Assembly (NCBI GenBank): GCA_963676795.2
Contig: CAXXTB010000001.1
Coordinates: 160,001-224,000 of the forward strand
DNA: 64,000 nucleotides
Source of the DNA: Geopsychrobacteraceae bacterium
GTDB lineage: Bacteria; Desulfobacterota; Desulfuromonadia; Desulfuromonadales; Geopsychrobacteraceae
Direction of reading: 5' to 3'
The position numbers were made by a program, and so were the translations under genes. Positions 48,334 through 58,910 of the stretch are shown one piece after another; position 1 is the stretch's first letter; the number at the start of each line of letters is the position of its first letter. The notes beneath the pieces are model-generated. The model searched no databases. It saw only the letters and a program-made list of their open reading frames with translations, and was not told the DNA's origin.

Positions 48334-49253
48334 AAAAGGGAATCCTGCTTATAGTTGTCATTGTCGCCGTCCTGCTCGCCCAGAATGCCCTGTATGTCGT
48401 CAATGAAGCCGAACAGGCGATTGTCACCCAGTTCGGAAAGCCGGTCGGCGACATCATTCCACCGGGAATTCACCTCAAAACGCCATTTTTGCAAGACGTC
48501 AATCGCTTTGAAGACCGAATCCTGAAATGGGATGGCGATCCGAACCAGATCCCGACCAAGGATAAACGCTTTATCTGGATCGACACCACTGCCCGCTGGA
48601 AGATTACCGATCCGCTGCAATTCTTCAAGACCGTAGCAACCGAACGGGGTGCCCAGAGCCGCCTGGACGATATCATCGATTCGGTTGTTCGCGATGCGGT
48701 CTCAGGCCACCTGTTGGTCGAACTGGTCCGCGGTATCGACTATCAGCCAGAAGGCTCTGAAGAATTCGAGGTTGAAGGGGTCGTCGTGAAACCGGAGGAG
48801 ATGCTCGGCCGCGAACAGATCCTCAACAACATCCTGCAAAAGGCCAGCGCCAGCACCCCCGAATACGGTATCGAGCTGATCGATGTCCAGATCAAGCGGA
48901 TCAATTACGTCGAACAGGTCCGCACCCGGGTCTATGAGCGGATGATCAATGAACGGAAGAAGGTCGCCGCACAGTACCGTTCCGAAGGGGAAGGGGAGAA
49001 AGCCGAGATTCTCGGTCAGATGCAGCGCGAGTTGAAAACCATCACCTCGGAAGCCTACCGTAAGGCCCTGGAGGTCCGTGGTGCGGCCGATGCTGAGGCT
49101 GCGGCCATCTACGCCAACGCCTACAATCAGGATAAGGATTTCTACAATTTCCTGCGCACCCTCGAATCCTACAAAAAAACCATCAGTGGAAACGGCAAAA
49201 TGATCATCTCAACCGATTCCGATTACTACCGATACCTGAAAAAAGCGAAGTGA
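48330..49253 (+). CDS. hflC: FtsH modulator HflC
   Basis: EQAIVTQFG, TKDK, DVQIKRI, RMINER, F.R.LESY; overlaps hflK stop. Confidence 0.92.
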   Translation: MKKGILLIVVIVAVLLAQNALYVVNEAEQAIVTQFGKPVGDIIPPGIHLKTPFLQDVNRFEDRILKWDGDPNQIPTKDKRFIWIDTTARWKITDPLQFFKTVATERGAQSRLDDIIDSVVRDAVSGHLLVELVRGIDYQPEGSEEFEVEGVVVKPEEMLGREQILNNILQKASASTPEYGIELIDVQIKRINYVEQVRTRVYERMINERKKVAAQYRSEGEGEKAEILGQMQRELKTITSEAYRKALEVRGAADAEAAAIYANAYNQDKDFYNFLRTLESYKKTISGNGKMIISTDSDYYRYLKKAK

Positions 49254-49259
49254 TCATTC

Positions 49260-49292
49260 AGGGCCCTTGCTCAGGCAAGGGCCCTTTTTTTT
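49260..49292 (+). terminator. Intrinsic terminator after hflC
   Basis: AGGGCCCTTGC-TCAG-GCAAGGGCCCT plus T tract. Confidence 0.88.
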
Positions 49293-49552
49293 AGCCAGGC
49301 AAGCCAGTTGACAGCCCCGAAGACTGTCGATTCTGAGTCCTTTTCAAACAACTGGATCCGGACCTCAGTCAGTGCCGTCACAACAACCCGCTTGCGAACC
49401 GGCAGGTCATACTGCTGACCAGGACGCAAAATCAGATCACGACTGTACCCAGCAACAGTCAGCCAACAGCGTCCCGCTTCACAGCGCAGGACCTGTCCAA
49501 CCTTACTCCGTTCCGGCTCAAACAGTTCTCCTGCCTCAAGCAACAGTTTCAT
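49271..49552 (-). CDS. DUF2917 small cupin-like protein
   Basis: LRCEAGRCWLT....DLILRPGQ pattern; AGAGGAG RBS; divergent from MocR regulator. Confidence 0.75.
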   Translation of the reverse strand: MKLLLEAGELFEPERSKVGQVLRCEAGRCWLTVAGYSRDLILRPGQQYDLPVRKRVVVTALTEVRIQLFEKDSESTVFGAVNWLAWLKKRALA

Positions 49553-49607
49553 CGGTATCTCCTCTAAAAAACCATGCTCTATTCAAACCTGAAACAAAAT
49601 ATTCCAC

Positions 49608-49691
49608 CAGATACAACCGTAAATTATTGTAACCATCACAGTTAAGTCTATGGATAACTGTACCCACAAACCTTATACTCAACTGTATCTG
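49608..49691. promoter_or_regulatory. Nested symmetric inverted repeats; putative MocR operator
   Basis: ACAGTTA-N10-TAACTGT (49638-49661) inside CAGATACA...TGTATCTG (49608-49691), both centred at 49649.5. Confidence 0.6.
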
Positions 49692-49748
49692 TCTTATCAC
49701 GAGGTCAGCTGATAAATTGGTCTTCATCTGAAAAAGACCGAAAAAACA

Positions 49749-49811
49749 CCCCCCTGCTCGCAAGCTCGCTGCCCCTCTATTTTATAGGGGAAATTGAGGG
49801 GGGGGGGGGTG
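49749..49811 (-). repeat. REP-like palindromic intergenic repeat, copy 6
   Basis: CCCCCCTGCTCGCAAGCTCGCTGCCCCTCTATTTTATAGGGGAAATTGAG(G)nTG, reverse orientation. Confidence 0.8.
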
Positions 49812-49835
49812 AAATTTGAACAGGGGAGTCATTCC

Positions 49836-51302
49836 ATGGCCCAGCCACTACAGATCAAAAATCAGACTTCGTCACTCTATGAGCAGGTTGCTGAGCGCAT
49901 CACCTACCTGATCGACCGTGGCACCCTGCGCCCCGGAGAGCGAGTGCCGTCGATCCGCCGCCTCAGCCAGCAACTGCAGGTCAGTATTAACACGGTCAAG
50001 GAGGCCTATGTACTGCTCGAAGACCGTCAGCTGATCGAAGCCAAGCCGCAGTCCGGTTTTTACGTTCGCCCCAAACTTACAGAACTCCCCTCGGAACCGG
50101 CTGCGCCTCTGACTGTCGCCGAACCGGCCGAGGTCAACCTGTCGAATGTCTATGCCATGGTCATGCGCGATCTTCTCAACCCCGGGTTGCTGCAACTGGG
50201 TATCGCCACCCCAAACCTTGACGAGTTGCCGGTCAGTAAGCTGAACCGAATGCTGGCCAAAGAGACCCGCCGTCAGCCCAGCCAGGCGGTCTGCTACGAA
50301 CTGCCGCCGGGCAATTTGAGACTGCGCCAACAGATCGCCCAGCGGATGCTGCGCTCCGGCTGTACCTTAAGCCCGGACCAACTGGTTATTACCTCCGGCT
50401 GTGTCGAAGCGGTGGCCCTGTCCTTGCGGGCGGTCTGCAAAGCTGGTGATACCATTGCCATAGAGACTCCCTTTTATTTCAATTTTCTTCAGCTGATCGA
50501 GGAAATGGGGCTCAAGGCGCTCGAAATTCCGGCATCGCCAAAAGGCGGGATCAGCCTTGAAGCACTCGATTACGCGTTGGAAAGACATCAGGAGCAGGTC
50601 AAGGCCTGCCTGGTGATCAGCAACTTCAACAATCCACTGGGAAGCATGATGGAGGATGAAGACAAGGTGAAGCTGGTTGGCCTGCTTGAACGTTTTCAGA
50701 TTCCGCTGATTGAAGATGATATCTACGGCGATCTGGCCTATTCGGCGCGCAGACCGAAAGTCGCCAAGGCCTTTGACAAGACCGGAAACGTCCTGCTCTG
50801 CTCTTCATTCAGCAAAACCCTGGCCCCCGGTTACCGGATCGGTTGGGTCGCGGCGGGACGCTATCAGGATCAGATCGAACGGGGGAAAATGATCTCCGGT
50901 GTCGCCACCGCAAGTCCGACCCAGCAAGCGATCGCGGAGTTCCTCGCCTCCGGCGGTTACGACCATCATTTACGTAGCCTGACACGTAGCTATGCGAAAA
51001 ATATCGCCTGTATGACAGCCGCGATCAGCGCCTTCTTCCCGCAGGGCACCAGGGTCTCCCGCCCTCAAGGTGGGCATGTCCTGTGGATCGAGATGCCGGA
51101 AGCGGTGGATGCTCTGGAACTCTACCGGCTGGCCAAACAGCAGGGAATCAGCATCGCTCCCGGGCACCTGTTCTCGCTGACCGGAAAATTCACCAACTGT
51201 ATCCGTCTCAATGGCGCTTACTGGAATGACACCATCGATACAGCGATAAGAACTCTGGGTGATCTGGCCCGGCAGTTGCGGGAAAATGAACATCATGACT
51301 AA
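49836..51302 (+). CDS. MocR/GntR family regulator with PLP-dependent aminotransferase domain
   Basis: wHTH LYEQVA..GERVPSIR..VSINTV..AY; IEDDIY; PLP lysine SFSKTLAPG.RIG. Confidence 0.92.
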   Translation: MAQPLQIKNQTSSLYEQVAERITYLIDRGTLRPGERVPSIRRLSQQLQVSINTVKEAYVLLEDRQLIEAKPQSGFYVRPKLTELPSEPAAPLTVAEPAEVNLSNVYAMVMRDLLNPGLLQLGIATPNLDELPVSKLNRMLAKETRRQPSQAVCYELPPGNLRLRQQIAQRMLRSGCTLSPDQLVITSGCVEAVALSLRAVCKAGDTIAIETPFYFNFLQLIEEMGLKALEIPASPKGGISLEALDYALERHQEQVKACLVISNFNNPLGSMMEDEDKVKLVGLLERFQIPLIEDDIYGDLAYSARRPKVAKAFDKTGNVLLCSSFSKTLAPGYRIGWVAAGRYQDQIERGKMISGVATASPTQQAIAEFLASGGYDHHLRSLTRSYAKNIACMTAAISAFFPQGTRVSRPQGGHVLWIEMPEAVDALELYRLAKQQGISIAPGHLFSLTGKFTNCIRLNGAYWNDTIDTAIRTLGDLARQLRENEHHD

Positions 51303-52212
51303 CTCACTGTTCTACCTGGGAACAATTCTCATCTGGGGTTCGACCTGGCTGGCGATAAAATACCAGCTGGGCAGCGTTGCTCCGGCCTGGTCTGTCACCT
51401 ACCGCTTTACCCTGGCGGCGCTTCTGCTTCTGTCCTGGTGTCTGGCAACGGGACGCTCGCTGCGCTTCTCCCGGAGCCAGCACCTGTTTATCGCCCTGCA
51501 AGGGGTGCTGCTCTTCGCCCTGAACTATTATCTTTTTTACCTGGCGGAAGAGAGGATCACCAGCGGACTGGCGGCGGTGGTGTTCTCGACGATTGTTTTC
51601 ATGAATCTGATCAACGGCCGGATTTTCCTCGGCAGTGCAATTGAACTGAAGGTTGTTCTCGGCGGATTGATGGGAATTGCCGGACTGGCATTTCTGTTCT
51701 GGCCGGAAATGCAGGCGGTTGCGTTCTCCGGTCCGGTCATGAGCGGCCTGCTACTCTGCCTGGCGGCGACCTATCTCGCCTCGCTGGGCAATATCCTCTC
51801 AGCCCGTAACCAGAAAAGCGGACTGCCGGTGATTCAGACCAATGCCCTGGGCATGACCTATGGCGCTATCTGTATGGCGCTGCTTGCCTGGCAGAGCGGA
51901 TCACCCGCGAGCTTTGAGTTCAGTGCCAGCTATCTGATTTCGCTGATCTATCTGGCGTTATTCGGTTCGGTCATCGCCTTTGGCTGCTACCTGACCCTGG
52001 TCGGACGTATCGGAGCAGGCAAGGCCGCCTATTGTACGCTGTTTTTTCCGGTCGTTGCGCTGCTTCTGTCAACCATTTGGGAAGGCTATCACTGGACCTC
52101 CCAGGCGCTCATCGGCAGCGGGCTGATTCTGTGCGGCAATTTCCTGGCCCTGAACAAAAAATCGCTGCGCAGAGCAAAACCACAGAAGCTCGCCGCGCAC
52201 CAGACTCAGTGA
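51295..52212 (+). CDS. EamA/DMT family transporter
   Basis: IWGSTW, YRF, about 10 TM helices, YLALFGSVIAF; start may be 51286. Confidence 0.9.
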   Translation: MTNSLFYLGTILIWGSTWLAIKYQLGSVAPAWSVTYRFTLAALLLLSWCLATGRSLRFSRSQHLFIALQGVLLFALNYYLFYLAEERITSGLAAVVFSTIVFMNLINGRIFLGSAIELKVVLGGLMGIAGLAFLFWPEMQAVAFSGPVMSGLLLCLAATYLASLGNILSARNQKSGLPVIQTNALGMTYGAICMALLAWQSGSPASFEFSASYLISLIYLALFGSVIAFGCYLTLVGRIGAGKAAYCTLFFPVVALLLSTIWEGYHWTSQALIGSGLILCGNFLALNKKSLRRAKPQKLAAHQTQ

Positions 52213-53705
52213 TCGATCTTCAGCGGTGGTTGCCCCTTGCGCCCCCTGATGATCGGCATCACGACGCTCAGAATGGCGAGTGCGATAAAGATCAGGAAGA
52301 CGGGCAGCTTGAGCAGCTCCAAAGGCCGATCACCGTACAGCACCATCGTCTGATGCAGGTTACGCTCCAGAATCGGACCGAGAATAACACCAAGAACCAT
52401 CGCGGCAAGAGGGATGTTGATTTTCCGTAAAAAGTAACCGACCAGACCAATCCCGAAAGCGGAAATGACATCAAACCAGTTATTGCGTACGGCAAACGAG
52501 CCGACCAGACCACAAACAATAATCAATGAGGCCAGAACCGGGGGACTGATCCGTGTCAGCTTGGCGATATGCCGGGCGCTGAAAACCCCGAATGCCAGCA
52601 TGATCAGGTTGCAGACGAAAACACCCATGAAGACAGTGTAAACCAGACTCGCGTTCTGCTGAAACAGCATCGGCCCGGGAATAATACCGTGCATCGTCAG
52701 TGCCGCCAGAATAATAACGGCATCGACACTTCCGGGAATTCCCAGTGTCAGGGCCGGAACCAGCGAAGAGAGAACCGCGGCGTTGTTGGCACTGTCTGAA
52801 GCGATAACCCCGGCAATCTCTCCTTTGCCAAAATTCTCCGGGGTTTTGGACGCTCTTTTCGCTTCATTATAGGAAATGAAACCGGCAATGGTCGGACCGG
52901 CACCCGGCAGGACGCCGACAACCGAGCCGATCACCGATGAACGTAAAAAGTTAAGACCGTGCTTACCCCAGTCGCCGATCCTCAACAGAAAGCTGTCCTT
53001 CGTCAAAGTGACATCTGTGGAGCGAAGCGCATCCTTGCGGTAATCCTCGACCAGCTTCAGAACTTCTGGAAAGGTGAACAAACCGATCAGAACCACGATC
53101 ACCGGAAAGCCTTCGATCAGATCCGGCGTGAAGGCATAACGGATATAACCCGACGGTGAAAAACCGATGGTACTGAGCAACAGGCCGAGCAGGCCGGCAA
53201 TCAATCCCTTGACCATGGTCCCGGCCGACAGGGTCACTATGATCATCAGCCCGAACAGGGTAAAGGAAAACATCTCAGCCGGACCAAACATCAGCGACAG
53301 TTTGGCCAGTGGCGGAGAGAGGAATAACAAGGTCAATGCAGAAACAAAGGCTCCGACTGTCGACGCGATAACGGAAGCTCTCAGGGCACGGGTCGCCTTC
53401 CCCTGCTGCGCCAGGTAGTGGCCATCGAGAGCAGTCGCCGCCGAGGCCGCCGTGCCCGGCATATTGAGAATGATGGCGGGTATTGAACCGGAGTAGACCG
53501 CCGCATTCCAGATCCCCAGCAGAAACAGGACTCCGGCTTCAGCAGGAAAAACAAAGGTCAGAGGGAGCAGAATCGTCATGGCAGCGGCGGCGGTCAAGCC
53601 TGGAACTGAACCGAAAACCATCCCGACCGCAACGCCAAGAATCATGGACATAACATTGTTCAAATGAAGCGAATTCGCCAGTCCGTGAAACATCAAATCA
53701 AGCAT
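52206..53705 (-). CDS. tctA: Tripartite tricarboxylate transporter large permease
   Basis: GSVPGL, ILNMPGT, DGH, G.LPGAG, DSANNA, LTLGIPG, PGP. Confidence 0.92.
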   Translation of the reverse strand: MLDLMFHGLANSLHLNNVMSMILGVAVGMVFGSVPGLTAAAAMTILLPLTFVFPAEAGVLFLLGIWNAAVYSGSIPAIILNMPGTAASAATALDGHYLAQQGKATRALRASVIASTVGAFVSALTLLFLSPPLAKLSLMFGPAEMFSFTLFGLMIIVTLSAGTMVKGLIAGLLGLLLSTIGFSPSGYIRYAFTPDLIEGFPVIVVLIGLFTFPEVLKLVEDYRKDALRSTDVTLTKDSFLLRIGDWGKHGLNFLRSSVIGSVVGVLPGAGPTIAGFISYNEAKRASKTPENFGKGEIAGVIASDSANNAAVLSSLVPALTLGIPGSVDAVIILAALTMHGIIPGPMLFQQNASLVYTVFMGVFVCNLIMLAFGVFSARHIAKLTRISPPVLASLIIVCGLVGSFAVRNNWFDVISAFGIGLVGYFLRKINIPLAAMVLGVILGPILERNLHQTMVLYGDRPLELLKLPVFLIFIALAILSVVMPIIRGRKGQPPLKIDH

Positions 53706-53806
53706 TCTTCACCCCCGAGCAGCTTTGATCATGTCGGCATTGACAACCGGCAGCCATGCCAGAATAGTTGCTTCCGCGGCTGCCTGGACAGCCGCGGAGC
53801 CAGTCA

Positions 53807-54226
53807 CTAAAAGAGGATCCCCCTGGGCAGGGGAACCCCTAAAAATCTGAAAAAAACAAAATAAATCACCACAGATGTCACAATCGGGATCAAAACAATT
53901 TTGAACCATTTTCTTTCATTGAGAAAAACCAGAGACAGTAGAATGAAGAGCGTTGTCGAAATGAAGTAGCCGAGATATTCACTGACAAAAATATAGATCA
54001 ATGTCAGTGCAATATAGAGAACGACCCGCACCCTCTGCGCCGCTCTTTGCACGGGTTGACTTGAGAACATATTAAGTGAACAGAGAATGATCAGGAAAAC
54101 AATGATCCCCTGCGGCCAGAAACTGTCCCGAGCCGGAAACTTCAGACTGATCAAAAACAACCAGACGCAGCAGACAATAATAATGACCGATCCGAGCGCA
54201 TTGAGATTTTTCAGATTTTTGAGCAT
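53807..54226 (-). CDS. tctB: Tripartite tricarboxylate transporter small membrane subunit
   Basis: Four TM helices, LGYFIST, C-terminal F..FLGVPLPRG; lies between tctC and tctA. Confidence 0.85.
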   Translation of the reverse strand: MLKNLKNLNALGSVIIIVCCVWLFLISLKFPARDSFWPQGIIVFLIILCSLNMFSSQPVQRAAQRVRVVLYIALTLIYIFVSEYLGYFISTTLFILLSLVFLNERKWFKIVLIPIVTSVVIYFVFFRFLGVPLPRGILF

Positions 54227-54243
54227 AGCGGCCCTGATCCCGG

Positions 54244-55224
54244 TTATTTAATTGCAATGCCCATGTCGTGGAACAGTTTACCGAACTGTTCATACTGCTC
54301 CTCGATATACGCCTTCGCGTCAGCGGGATTCAGATAATCGTTGGTCAGGCCGACCTTTTTGAACATTTCCGGCAATTCGGGATCAGCCATAGCTGCTGCC
54401 AAGGCGTCGCTGAGCTTTTCCAGCACAGGTTCAGGCGTACCGACAGGGGCAGCAAGGGTTCGGAAGACTCCGACAGAATTGTCATAGCCGAGTTCCTTGA
54501 AGGTTGGGACATCCGGGAGAAAAACCGAGCGTTTCGGTGCCGCAGCGGCAAGAATACGGATGGTGTTCGCATTGGCATGAGGCAGAATTTCATTGGTGTT
54601 GTTGAACGAATAATCGGTATGGCCGCCAAGGACTGAAGCCAGTTTCGCTGTTCCGCTTTTAAACCCGCCGACAATTTTGGCATCGACACCGGTCTGATTT
54701 CTGAAGACAGCGTCAGCGACCGAAGAACTGGTCCAGCCGTCAAGAAAGGGGGTACTGAGCTTGCCGGGGTTCGCTTTACCAAATGAGATCAGCTCATCAA
54801 GAGATTTGTACGGACTTTCGGCATTAACGACAATGAAGTTCGGCACAAAAGAGACCTGACCGATATATTCATAACTGGCCGGACTGAAACGCACCCCTTC
54901 AATCAGCCAGGGACCGGTACAGATACCGGTACTCACCATCGTCAGGGTATAACCGTCAGGCTTGGCCATCATTCCCAGGGTGTGACCACTGATTCCGCCA
55001 CCGCCACCGCGATTTTCTACAATGATTTTCTGACCGAGATGTTTTTCCAGAACAGGAGCAAGAGCCCTGGTGTTGACATCAACACCGCCACCGGCACCGA
55101 AAGGAACAATGATTGTCACCGGATGATCAGGAAATTCTTTGGCAAAAGCCGAGACAACCGAAACGCTCACAAAGACTGCCAGCAATACAGCCATAAGTGA
55201 TAATCGTACAGTCCTACCCATCAT
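54244..55224 (-). CDS. tctC: Tripartite tricarboxylate transporter substrate-binding protein (Bug/TctC)
   Basis: Signal peptide, FP..PVTIIVPFGAGGGVD, VENR.GGGG, PDGYTL, PDVPTFKELG. Confidence 0.92.
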   Translation of the reverse strand: MMGRTVRLSLMAVLLAVFVSVSVVSAFAKEFPDHPVTIIVPFGAGGGVDVNTRALAPVLEKHLGQKIIVENRGGGGGISGHTLGMMAKPDGYTLTMVSTGICTGPWLIEGVRFSPASYEYIGQVSFVPNFIVVNAESPYKSLDELISFGKANPGKLSTPFLDGWTSSSVADAVFRNQTGVDAKIVGGFKSGTAKLASVLGGHTDYSFNNTNEILPHANANTIRILAAAAPKRSVFLPDVPTFKELGYDNSVGVFRTLAAPVGTPEPVLEKLSDALAAAMADPELPEMFKKVGLTNDYLNPADAKAYIEEQYEQFGKLFHDMGIAIK

Positions 55225-55664
55225 AACTTACCTCCCCGGGAAAAATGTTGATCAAACCTGACAGCACTGCGGTCGGAGTCCGCCTGGTATTATCTGCTCC
55301 GGCAAGCCGGAGTTCATATTTTCGGTGAGAAAGACAGTGTAACGGTTATTTATAGAAACACAATAAGCGTACCAGAAAAAATTGTACGTGCGTACGTTTT
55401 TTTAGTTAAGGCGTACCATGGCTATGACCAGATTCATTCAGCAGAGTTTTTTATCCTGCTATCCGGCAAGCATGCCCAGTTATATCTCATCGGCCAACCC
55501 CATTCTGCCGGAATGGGGTCAGAAAAACTCCACAGTTGCTGCGTCGCAAATGGCAGTCTTCAGCCCCGAAAGCAATCCCTAAAAATGCTGTTACAATTGA
55601 ACGTTGTTGTACAGCTCTTCTTCATTTTTCAGATAATCGCCAACCAAAACGATTTGGGGAGACC

Positions 55665-58268
55665 ATGGCATTTCTGAATCAATGGCAAAAAAACAGATTC
55701 CAGTTGCAGCTAAAAAGCTTCAGCCTCAGCTTAATCATCAGCCTGATAATCATTGGCTTGCTTGTCTGGGGGCTCTACGCCTCATTTCGTCAAGAGAAAC
55801 TGGATGAACTCAGAGCCGTCATGACCCGCAACCTCGATCTGGGCGAATTCTACCTGACAAGCGAACTGCAGAAACTGACCCGCAATCTGGAGTTCCTCTC
55901 CTCGAGCCCTGTTGTCAGACAGTTTGCCGCTCAGCCTGATGGCGATCATAGAAATCTTGTCACGACCCGTTTCAAGGCCTTTGCATCACTGAATGCCGAA
56001 TATGACCAGATCCGTATTCTCGCTCTGAACGGCCGGGAACTTCTCAGAATCAATTATAGCGATTTTCAGGCCACGGAAGTTGGCACCGACGAACTGCAGA
56101 ACAAATCTCACCGCTATTATTTTAATCAGATCCTCTCACTCCCCCCGGGTTATCTCTACGTTTCGGCACTTGATCTCAACATTGAACATATGCAGATCGA
56201 ACGCCCGTTCAAACCTATGCTGCGGGTGGCAACAAAACTGACCGACAATCAGGGCAGAGCGACCGGTGTGCTGATTCTCAACTACCTCGCCGTAAATCTC
56301 TTTACAGGGCTGGATGAAATCCGCGTCGGCAAAATCGGACAATTCCTGCTGATCAACCAGGATGGTTATTACTTAAAAGCAGCGGATCCCGAACATGAAT
56401 GGGGGCAGATCCTGGTCGATCGTCAGGAGTTCAAGCTAAGCAATGAAGCGCCCTTCTTCTGGCAACAGCTAGAAACAACCCAGTGCGGCTTTTACGACGG
56501 TCCGGATAACCTCTCTGCCTATCGGCGGCTGAACACAAGTCACTTACTCCACAATCCGAAAACCACCCGTCTGATTCCTCCGGCACTCCCTCGGCAATGG
56601 GTGCTGATCGATCAGGTCCCTGCTGAAACCTTGAGCCTGATGATTCTTCCTTTCCGGAATTCGCTGTTCATCGGTGCAGGCATTCTGATCATCCTCAGCT
56701 TCATCGGTTCCTGCTTCATCGGCCTGGCCATCAATCAACGGGACCGCTCAAGCCTCCAGGCGAAAAAGTTGGTCGCCATCCTGGATGAATGCCCGATCGG
56801 CCTGGCCATTGCCGATCGCCGGGGACGTATTCAGTACGCTAATCAAAAAATTCTCGACTTGAGCGGCCTGTCGCTTGAACAGCTCAGCTCCAGCCCATTA
56901 CGCCACATCGATGAAAAGGTCCTGCCGCCTGGCAATCTTCCGGCTATCCGTAAAGCGATAGACTGTGGCAAAACCTGGTCACAGCGCTTCGAATCCCCCG
57001 TCGACGAACAAAGCACCGTCCGGGAACTGGTCATTTCACCTTTCGAATCTCCGGAAAGAAATCACAAAGAGTTGATCATGATCATGCGCGACGTCACCCA
57101 TGAAGCGCAACTGGAACAACAACTGCGTCAGTCGCAAAAACTGGAGGCTGTCGGCCAGCTGGGGGCCGGTATCGCACATGACTTCAATAACCTGCTGCAG
57201 ATCATTATGGGGGCCGGCAGAGCTCTCGGGCAGCAGATTGAAACGGAAGGGAAGCAGGGAACCCTGTTGAATATGATTGTCCAGGCAACGGAAAGGGGCG
57301 CAGCTCTGACCCGCCAGCTGCTCACCTTTACCAGAAACAGTTCAAGCATCCACAAGGAACTCTATTTCCCGGATCATCAGATTGAGATTTCTTTACAGAT
57401 GATCCGCAGGTTGCTTGGAGAACAGATCCACATCGAATTTCACCAGGGAGCAGAAAACTGGTTGATCTGTGCCGATCAGAATATGTTCGAACAAGCCTTG
57501 ATCAACCTGTGTATCAATGCCAAAGACGCCATGCCGCAAGGGGGCAACCTCACCCTGAAAACCGGGATCCTCGACAGTCAGCAACTAACGGATATCTTTC
57601 CTGAACAACCCCGGCATGAGGAATTTTATCACCTGTCGGTCAGGGACAATGGTTGTGGAATTCCGCAACAAATCCAGGATAAAATCTTTGAACCCTTTTT
57701 TACCACCAAGCGAAGCGGCAGGGGAAGCGGCCTTGGCCTGGCGTCCGTTTACAATATCATCCATCAGCATGACGGCTGCATCACGGTCACCAGCAGCGAA
57801 GAAGCGGGTAGCTGTTTTGACATCTATCTGCCTGCCTGCCGGATGAAAACTCGATCTGCCGAAGAACAACAGCTACCTGGCAACCTGAAGCTCAAAGGGG
57901 AGGGGCAGTGCATTCTGCTGGCTGAAGATGACGAACAGGTCCGCACCATCGCTGGCCTAACCCTGGAAGAGGCAGGTTATGTGATCATCTATGCTGAAAA
58001 TGGCAGACAGGCCATTGAACGCTACGATCAGCGCCGGGAGGATATTCAGTTTGCTCTGCTCGATGTCATCATGCCGTTCGTCAATGGCCGCGAGGTCTTC
58101 GAATATATCCGTGAAAAAGACAGAGATCTGCCGATTCTGTTTGTCAGCGGCCACGATTTCAATCTGCTCAGAGATATCGGCCTGAACAGCGATGAGCAAC
58201 AGATACTCAGCAAGCCTTTCAGCGCGGAGACCCTGCTGCAGAAAATCGCCGAACAGCTCAACGCATAA
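55665..58268 (+). CDS. Hybrid sensor histidine kinase (Cache-PAS-HisKA-HATPase-REC)
   Basis: Periplasmic YDQIR...ELLRIN...NKSHRYYF...DLNIEH...PMLR Cache-type motif, AHDFNN, NAKDAM, FFTTK, REC DVIMP; ATG 55665 behind GGGGAG. Confidence 0.88.
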   Translation: MAFLNQWQKNRFQLQLKSFSLSLIISLIIIGLLVWGLYASFRQEKLDELRAVMTRNLDLGEFYLTSELQKLTRNLEFLSSSPVVRQFAAQPDGDHRNLVTTRFKAFASLNAEYDQIRILALNGRELLRINYSDFQATEVGTDELQNKSHRYYFNQILSLPPGYLYVSALDLNIEHMQIERPFKPMLRVATKLTDNQGRATGVLILNYLAVNLFTGLDEIRVGKIGQFLLINQDGYYLKAADPEHEWGQILVDRQEFKLSNEAPFFWQQLETTQCGFYDGPDNLSAYRRLNTSHLLHNPKTTRLIPPALPRQWVLIDQVPAETLSLMILPFRNSLFIGAGILIILSFIGSCFIGLAINQRDRSSLQAKKLVAILDECPIGLAIADRRGRIQYANQKILDLSGLSLEQLSSSPLRHIDEKVLPPGNLPAIRKAIDCGKTWSQRFESPVDEQSTVRELVISPFESPERNHKELIMIMRDVTHEAQLEQQLRQSQKLEAVGQLGAGIAHDFNNLLQIIMGAGRALGQQIETEGKQGTLLNMIVQATERGAALTRQLLTFTRNSSSIHKELYFPDHQIEISLQMIRRLLGEQIHIEFHQGAENWLICADQNMFEQALINLCINAKDAMPQGGNLTLKTGILDSQQLTDIFPEQPRHEEFYHLSVRDNGCGIPQQIQDKIFEPFFTTKRSGRGSGLGLASVYNIIHQHDGCITVTSSEEAGSCFDIYLPACRMKTRSAEEQQLPGNLKLKGEGQCILLAEDDEQVRTIAGLTLEEAGYVIIYAENGRQAIERYDQRREDIQFALLDVIMPFVNGREVFEYIREKDRDLPILFVSGHDFNLLRDIGLNSDEQQILSKPFSAETLLQKIAEQLNA

Positions 58269-58270
58269 AT

Positions 58271-58819
58271 TCAGTGGCCAAATGGAAAACGTCTGAGGAG
58301 CTTATAGCGCGCACCGGCGGCATGCAGGGTGCTCTGGTACAAGCTCATGGCCGCGACCTCAAATTCTCCACCGGGCGCTGGTAACCTGATCGCTCTTTGC
58401 AGCTGCGGGAGATTTTTATCCGCTTTGATTCGGGCCAGGGTGATGTGGGCCTTAAAATGCCGCTCACAGGGGAAACCCAGCGGGAGCAGAAGTTCATTGA
58501 GCTTAGCGGCCAGGGCTCCCACAATTTGTTGCGGTCCGACAGACAGGTAGACGACCCGCGGCTGCCCTCGTGGCGGGAAAAATCCGAAATCACCAAGCCG
58601 AAGAGTGAATCGCCTCTCAGCTTCGGCAAGCTGCCCAAGGCCAGCTGAAATATCCGCCACCTGGGCCGCATCGATATCACCGAGAAACCTGAGCGTCAGA
58701 TGCAGATTTTCCGCTCTGACCCAGCTGGCCCGCACATCGGTCTGGCGCAAGAGCTGAACGGCTTTACCGATCGCCTGCTGTTCCGCCACAGGCAGGTCAA
58801 TGGCGATAAAAGCGCGCAT
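58271..58819 (-). CDS. thpR: RNA 2',3'-cyclic phosphodiesterase (2H phosphoesterase)
   Basis: MRAFIAI and two HxT motifs (HLTL, HITL); GAGGAGG RBS. Confidence 0.9.
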   Translation of the reverse strand: MRAFIAIDLPVAEQQAIGKAVQLLRQTDVRASWVRAENLHLTLRFLGDIDAAQVADISAGLGQLAEAERRFTLRLGDFGFFPPRGQPRVVYLSVGPQQIVGALAAKLNELLLPLGFPCERHFKAHITLARIKADKNLPQLQRAIRLPAPGGEFEVAAMSLYQSTLHAAGARYKLLRRFPFGH

Positions 58820-58840
58820 CCGACCTCCTCGTAAAGAAAG

Positions 58841-58905
58841 CCCCCCTCATCCGGCCTTCGGCCACCTTCTCCTTTATGCCCAAGTTTGGGTACCTGTGGA
58901 GAAGG
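58841..58905 (+). repeat. Second REP-like palindrome family (CCCCTCATCCGGCCTTCGGCCACCTTCTCC...GGAGAAGG)
   Basis: GGCC-TTC-GGCC mini-hairpin, then CCTTCTCC/GGAGAAGG stem with an extra CCCAAGTTTGGG hairpin in the loop; single copy in this window. Confidence 0.6.
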
Positions 58906-58910
58906 AACAT

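Noticed and set aside
9495..49811. Repeated palindromes as a CRISPR array
   Set aside because: Copies are dispersed singletons kilobases apart, with no spacers and no cas genes
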